The position numbers were made by a program, and so were the translations under genes. The notes beneath the pieces are model-generated. The model was not told where the DNA came from and searched no databases. It saw only the letters and a list, made by a program, of their open reading frames with translations. A stretch of DNA of 64,000 nt from assembly GCA_009602735.1 (NCBI GenBank), contig WELA01003378.1:3712-67711 (forward strand), read 5' to 3'. Shown here piece after piece: positions 60,639-64,000 of this stretch. Each line of letters opens with the position of its first letter. Within the stretch, counting starts at the first letter, position 1. The DNA comes from Mesotaenium endlicherianum. Lineage: Eukaryota.

Positions 60639-63600
60639 TCCAGTCTACTGACTGTGAGGATGCTAGAGATAGTGAGTCGTCACTAGCTGCCCTCGTAGCA
60701 GGTATTATGGGTCCTGCTGAACTGGATTCACTATGCATGCCTGACAACCAGATAAAGGAGACCATCAGCAATATAGACGTCCAGAGAGTGCACACTCTGG
60801 ATGCTCTTGTTCCACCTGATGTCCAACATTTCTTTGCTACGTCAGGAGAACAATGCGAAAGTCAGGAAAAGACAGTCCCCCCTATCCTACTGCATTGCAT
60901 GATTGCAGGTAGGAAGGTGAGGGCATTTGTTGACGGAGGGGCGTCACATACTTTTATCCACAAGGACTTAGTTAAGCGGCTAAGGCTGCCTACTGTCACC
61001 CAAGGGAATAGAAAAATATTCCTTGGAGATGCCTCAAGTATCCCGGGAGGAGTTATAACCAAGCCTATTGAGGTCCAGTTAGGTTCTGGCATTGCAGTTC
61101 TAACTGAAACGCTTACATTTGAGGTACTCAACACTGGCTTTTATGATCTCGTGCTAGGCAGGTCCTGGCTTAATAGACATCAAGCTGAAGTGTGTTGGAG
61201 CAGAGGTACAGTTAAAGTGAGAGGAGCCAGTGATGGGCAGACTGACTTGGCACCCACCAGTGCTCTTCCTCTTGTCCTGTGTGGATGGCAAATGAAGGAA
61301 AAGAAGAGGCTTCCAGAAGGATGCAAGTTGCTGAATGCAATGGAGTTCGTCAAAAGCTGGAACCAGAAGGAAGACAGAATGTTCTGTCTGCTGCTAAGAG
61401 AGGTACCTCCTCAACCTGAAGAAGTGGTTGAGAAAAAGGTACACCCTCCGGAACACCCTACTGCTGCAAACATTGTTGCTCAGTACACGGATGTGTTTAA
61501 TATGCCTCCAGGACTACCCCCTAAGCGGGAAGTAGATCATAGGATTGATTTATTACCTGGTAGCCAGCCACCCTGGCAACGCACGTATGGCTTGTCTTAT
61601 TTGGAGAGTGAGGAGTTGAAAACACAGATTGCAGAGCTGGAGGAAAATGGTTACATTTCTCCCAGTAAATCACCGTACGGCGCACCTATCCTATTTGTTA
61701 AGAAAAAGGATGGCAGTATGCGGATGTGTGTGGATTACAGAGCCCTGAACAGAATTACAGTAAAGAACAAGTATGCTTTACCCAGAATCGAGGACTTGCT
61801 TGATACCCTGTCTGGCGCTAAGGTGTTCAGTAAGATAGATCTCAAGAGTGGTTATCATCAAATCAGAATTGCTGAGGGGGATGAACACAAGACTGCTTTC
61901 CGCACACGTTATGGACACTATGAGTTCAACGTGATGCCATTTGGACTGACTAATGCTCCTGCTACCTTTATGGGTGCTATGAATGACATTTTCAGACCTT
62001 ATTTGGATAAGTTTGTGCAAGTTTTCCTGGATGATATTTTAATTTTCTCTAAAGATGAAGCTCAGCACACTGAACACTTAAAGAAAGTGCTGGACACTCT
62101 GCGGAAAAATCACTTGTATGCTAAAATGAGCAAGTGTGATTTCTTTAAGGAAAGTATTGAATTCTTAGGCCACGTTGTCAGTAAAGAGGGCATCAGTGTG
62201 GATCCTAAGAAAGTCCAGACCATAAGGGACTGGCCAGTACCACAGTCTGTCTCTGAAGTTAGATCCTTCCTCGGGTTGGCTAACTACTATAGGAGATTTA
62301 TTGAGAATTATTCCACAAAGGCCAGTAAACTGACTGACCTTACTAAGAAAGACATCGGGTATGTGTGGGGGGAAGAGCAGCAGGCTGCCTTCCAGACCCT
62401 TAAAGATGCCCTTTGTTCTGCCCCAGTGCTAGCCGTGTATGACCCCAGCAAACCGGTGCAGGTGGTTACTGATGCCTCTGATTTTGCCATGGGTGCTATT
62501 TTGTTGCAGCCTGCTGACAAAACCACAAAGGATGGTAAGGTACGGCAGGAGTGGCATCCTGTGTTGTATGAGTCTATGAAATTTAATCCAGCGGAGATTA
62601 ATTACTCAGTGCATGATAAAGAGCTGCTAGCTATCATTCATGTACTCAAACAGTGGAGAGCATACTTACATGGTAAAGCTTTTAAGGTGATTACAGATCA
62701 TCTAGCTCTGACCCACTTTCAGAAGAAGTCCAAGCTGTCGAGGAGGGAGAACCGCTGGAGCCAGATGCTGGAGCAGTTCCAAGTCCAGATCGACTACAAA
62801 CCAGGGAAGTTGAATCCTGCTGATGCACTCTCTAGAAGACCTGACTTGCAAGAAAGGAACTTTAGTCAGCATGCTGTAGATAAAGTCCTGTGTGCACTCA
62901 CTTCACTAAAGGTGAAAAAGTCCTTCCTTGAACAACTTAGGAAAGCCTACCTTTCTGACCCAACATTTGAGCCCAGCCCCACTACTGGTATGTGTCGTGC
63001 TACCGCACTCGGGTATAAGCTCAAGGGAGGGGTCTGGGTGACTGAAACCACTTCAGGCAGGCTGAAGCTGGTCATTCCTAATAATTTGGAAATAAGGTCT
63101 CTCTTACTGAGTCAAGCTCATGACAGTCTCCTGGGTGGACATTTGGGGCAGGCCAAAACTGTTGGCAAACTGGCAAAACATTATCATTGGGAGGGGTTAC
63201 CCCGGGAGGTCTTGAAATATGTCAAGTCCTGTGACCAGTGTCAGAGAAATAAGTCTCGGCACACACCACCCGGAGGTCTCTTGCAACCGCTACCCATCCC
63301 AGCGGGACGCTGGGAAACTATATCCATGGACTGGGTGGTCTCACTACCAAGAACTGCCAACGGGCATGATTCAATACTGGTAGTCGTGGATAAACTGACA
63401 AAAATGGTCATTTTTATCCCCACAACTGTCAAAGTGACTGCACTCGAAACAGCGAGACAGTTTTACAACCATGTAGTATGCCAACATGGGCTCCCTTCTA
63501 ATATCATCTCAGACAGAGACTCAAAATTCACCTCTAAGTTCTGGAGAGCTTTAATGGGGTTAATGGGAGTCAAACAGCTGCTCAGCACAGCAAACCACCC

Positions 63601-64000
63601 TCAGACTGATGGGCAGACTGAAAGAACTAACCGAGTTCTGCAGGAGGTGCTGAGAGCATATATTAACCAAAAACAAGATAATTGGGATGACCTGTTGCCT
63701 CAAATTCAGTTTGCGGTCAACAGTGCGGTGCACGCGTCAACGGGCAAAACTCCTTTTGAACTCAGCCTGGGTAGAGTCCCTAAGTCTCCTCTAGATGTGC
63801 TAGGGGAATCTTTAACTCACCCTGAAGGGATTGACAACCCGGTCTCCCTCCAGTTAACTCAGGAGTTTGCTGACACCCTGTCAGAAGTCCAACGAAACTT
63901 GCACACGGCCCAAGAAAACCAACAAAAATACGCTAATCAACACCGTCGGGAACTGACATTTTCCAAGGGGGATTTAGTCAAACTGCATTCTCAGCACCTG
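60614..64000 (+). CDS. pol: Pol (-1 frame to gag), partial at window edge
   Basis: [37 protein letters not shown], RNase H and integrase motifs. Absent from the ORF track, consistent with no stop before the window end. Confidence 0.92.

Larger units (their letters stand above)
58381..64000 (+). mobile_element. Family A chromovirus, apparently intact, runs off the window end
   Basis: LTR 58381-59125, PBS 59127-59138, gag, pol without visible stop to 64000. Confidence 0.95.

Overview
Eukaryotic, intron-rich DNA, probably from a streptophyte alga or other non-seed plant. This is inferred from the plant-type REIL C-terminus, a BK channel gene and tRNA-iMet-primed chromoviruses. The left third (1-20.3 kb) is a GC-rich gene island: five copies of a 329-bp tandem repeat, tRNA-Thr(CGT), a REI1/ZNF622-like 60S maturation gene (+) and a multi-exon BK/Slo-type K+ channel gene (-). 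The right two thirds (21-64 kb) is a nested transposon cluster. It holds several copies of one Ty3/gypsy chromovirus family ('A'), a second Ty3 family, solo LTRs with intact target-site duplications (TSDs) and three degenerate piggyBac-like elements. Best candidate for an undescribed system: family A carries a swappable third gene (ORF3) between pol and the 3' LTR. ORF3 is about 560 aa, has no visible TM segment, and has its own TATA-like box and 5'-UTR intron. It sits behind a duplicated hairpin+polypurine-tract (PPT) signal and occurs as three strongly diverged variants on closely related gag-pol backbones. Family A also has a well-formed candidate -1 frameshift signal. All calls come from manual reading; no database searches were run.
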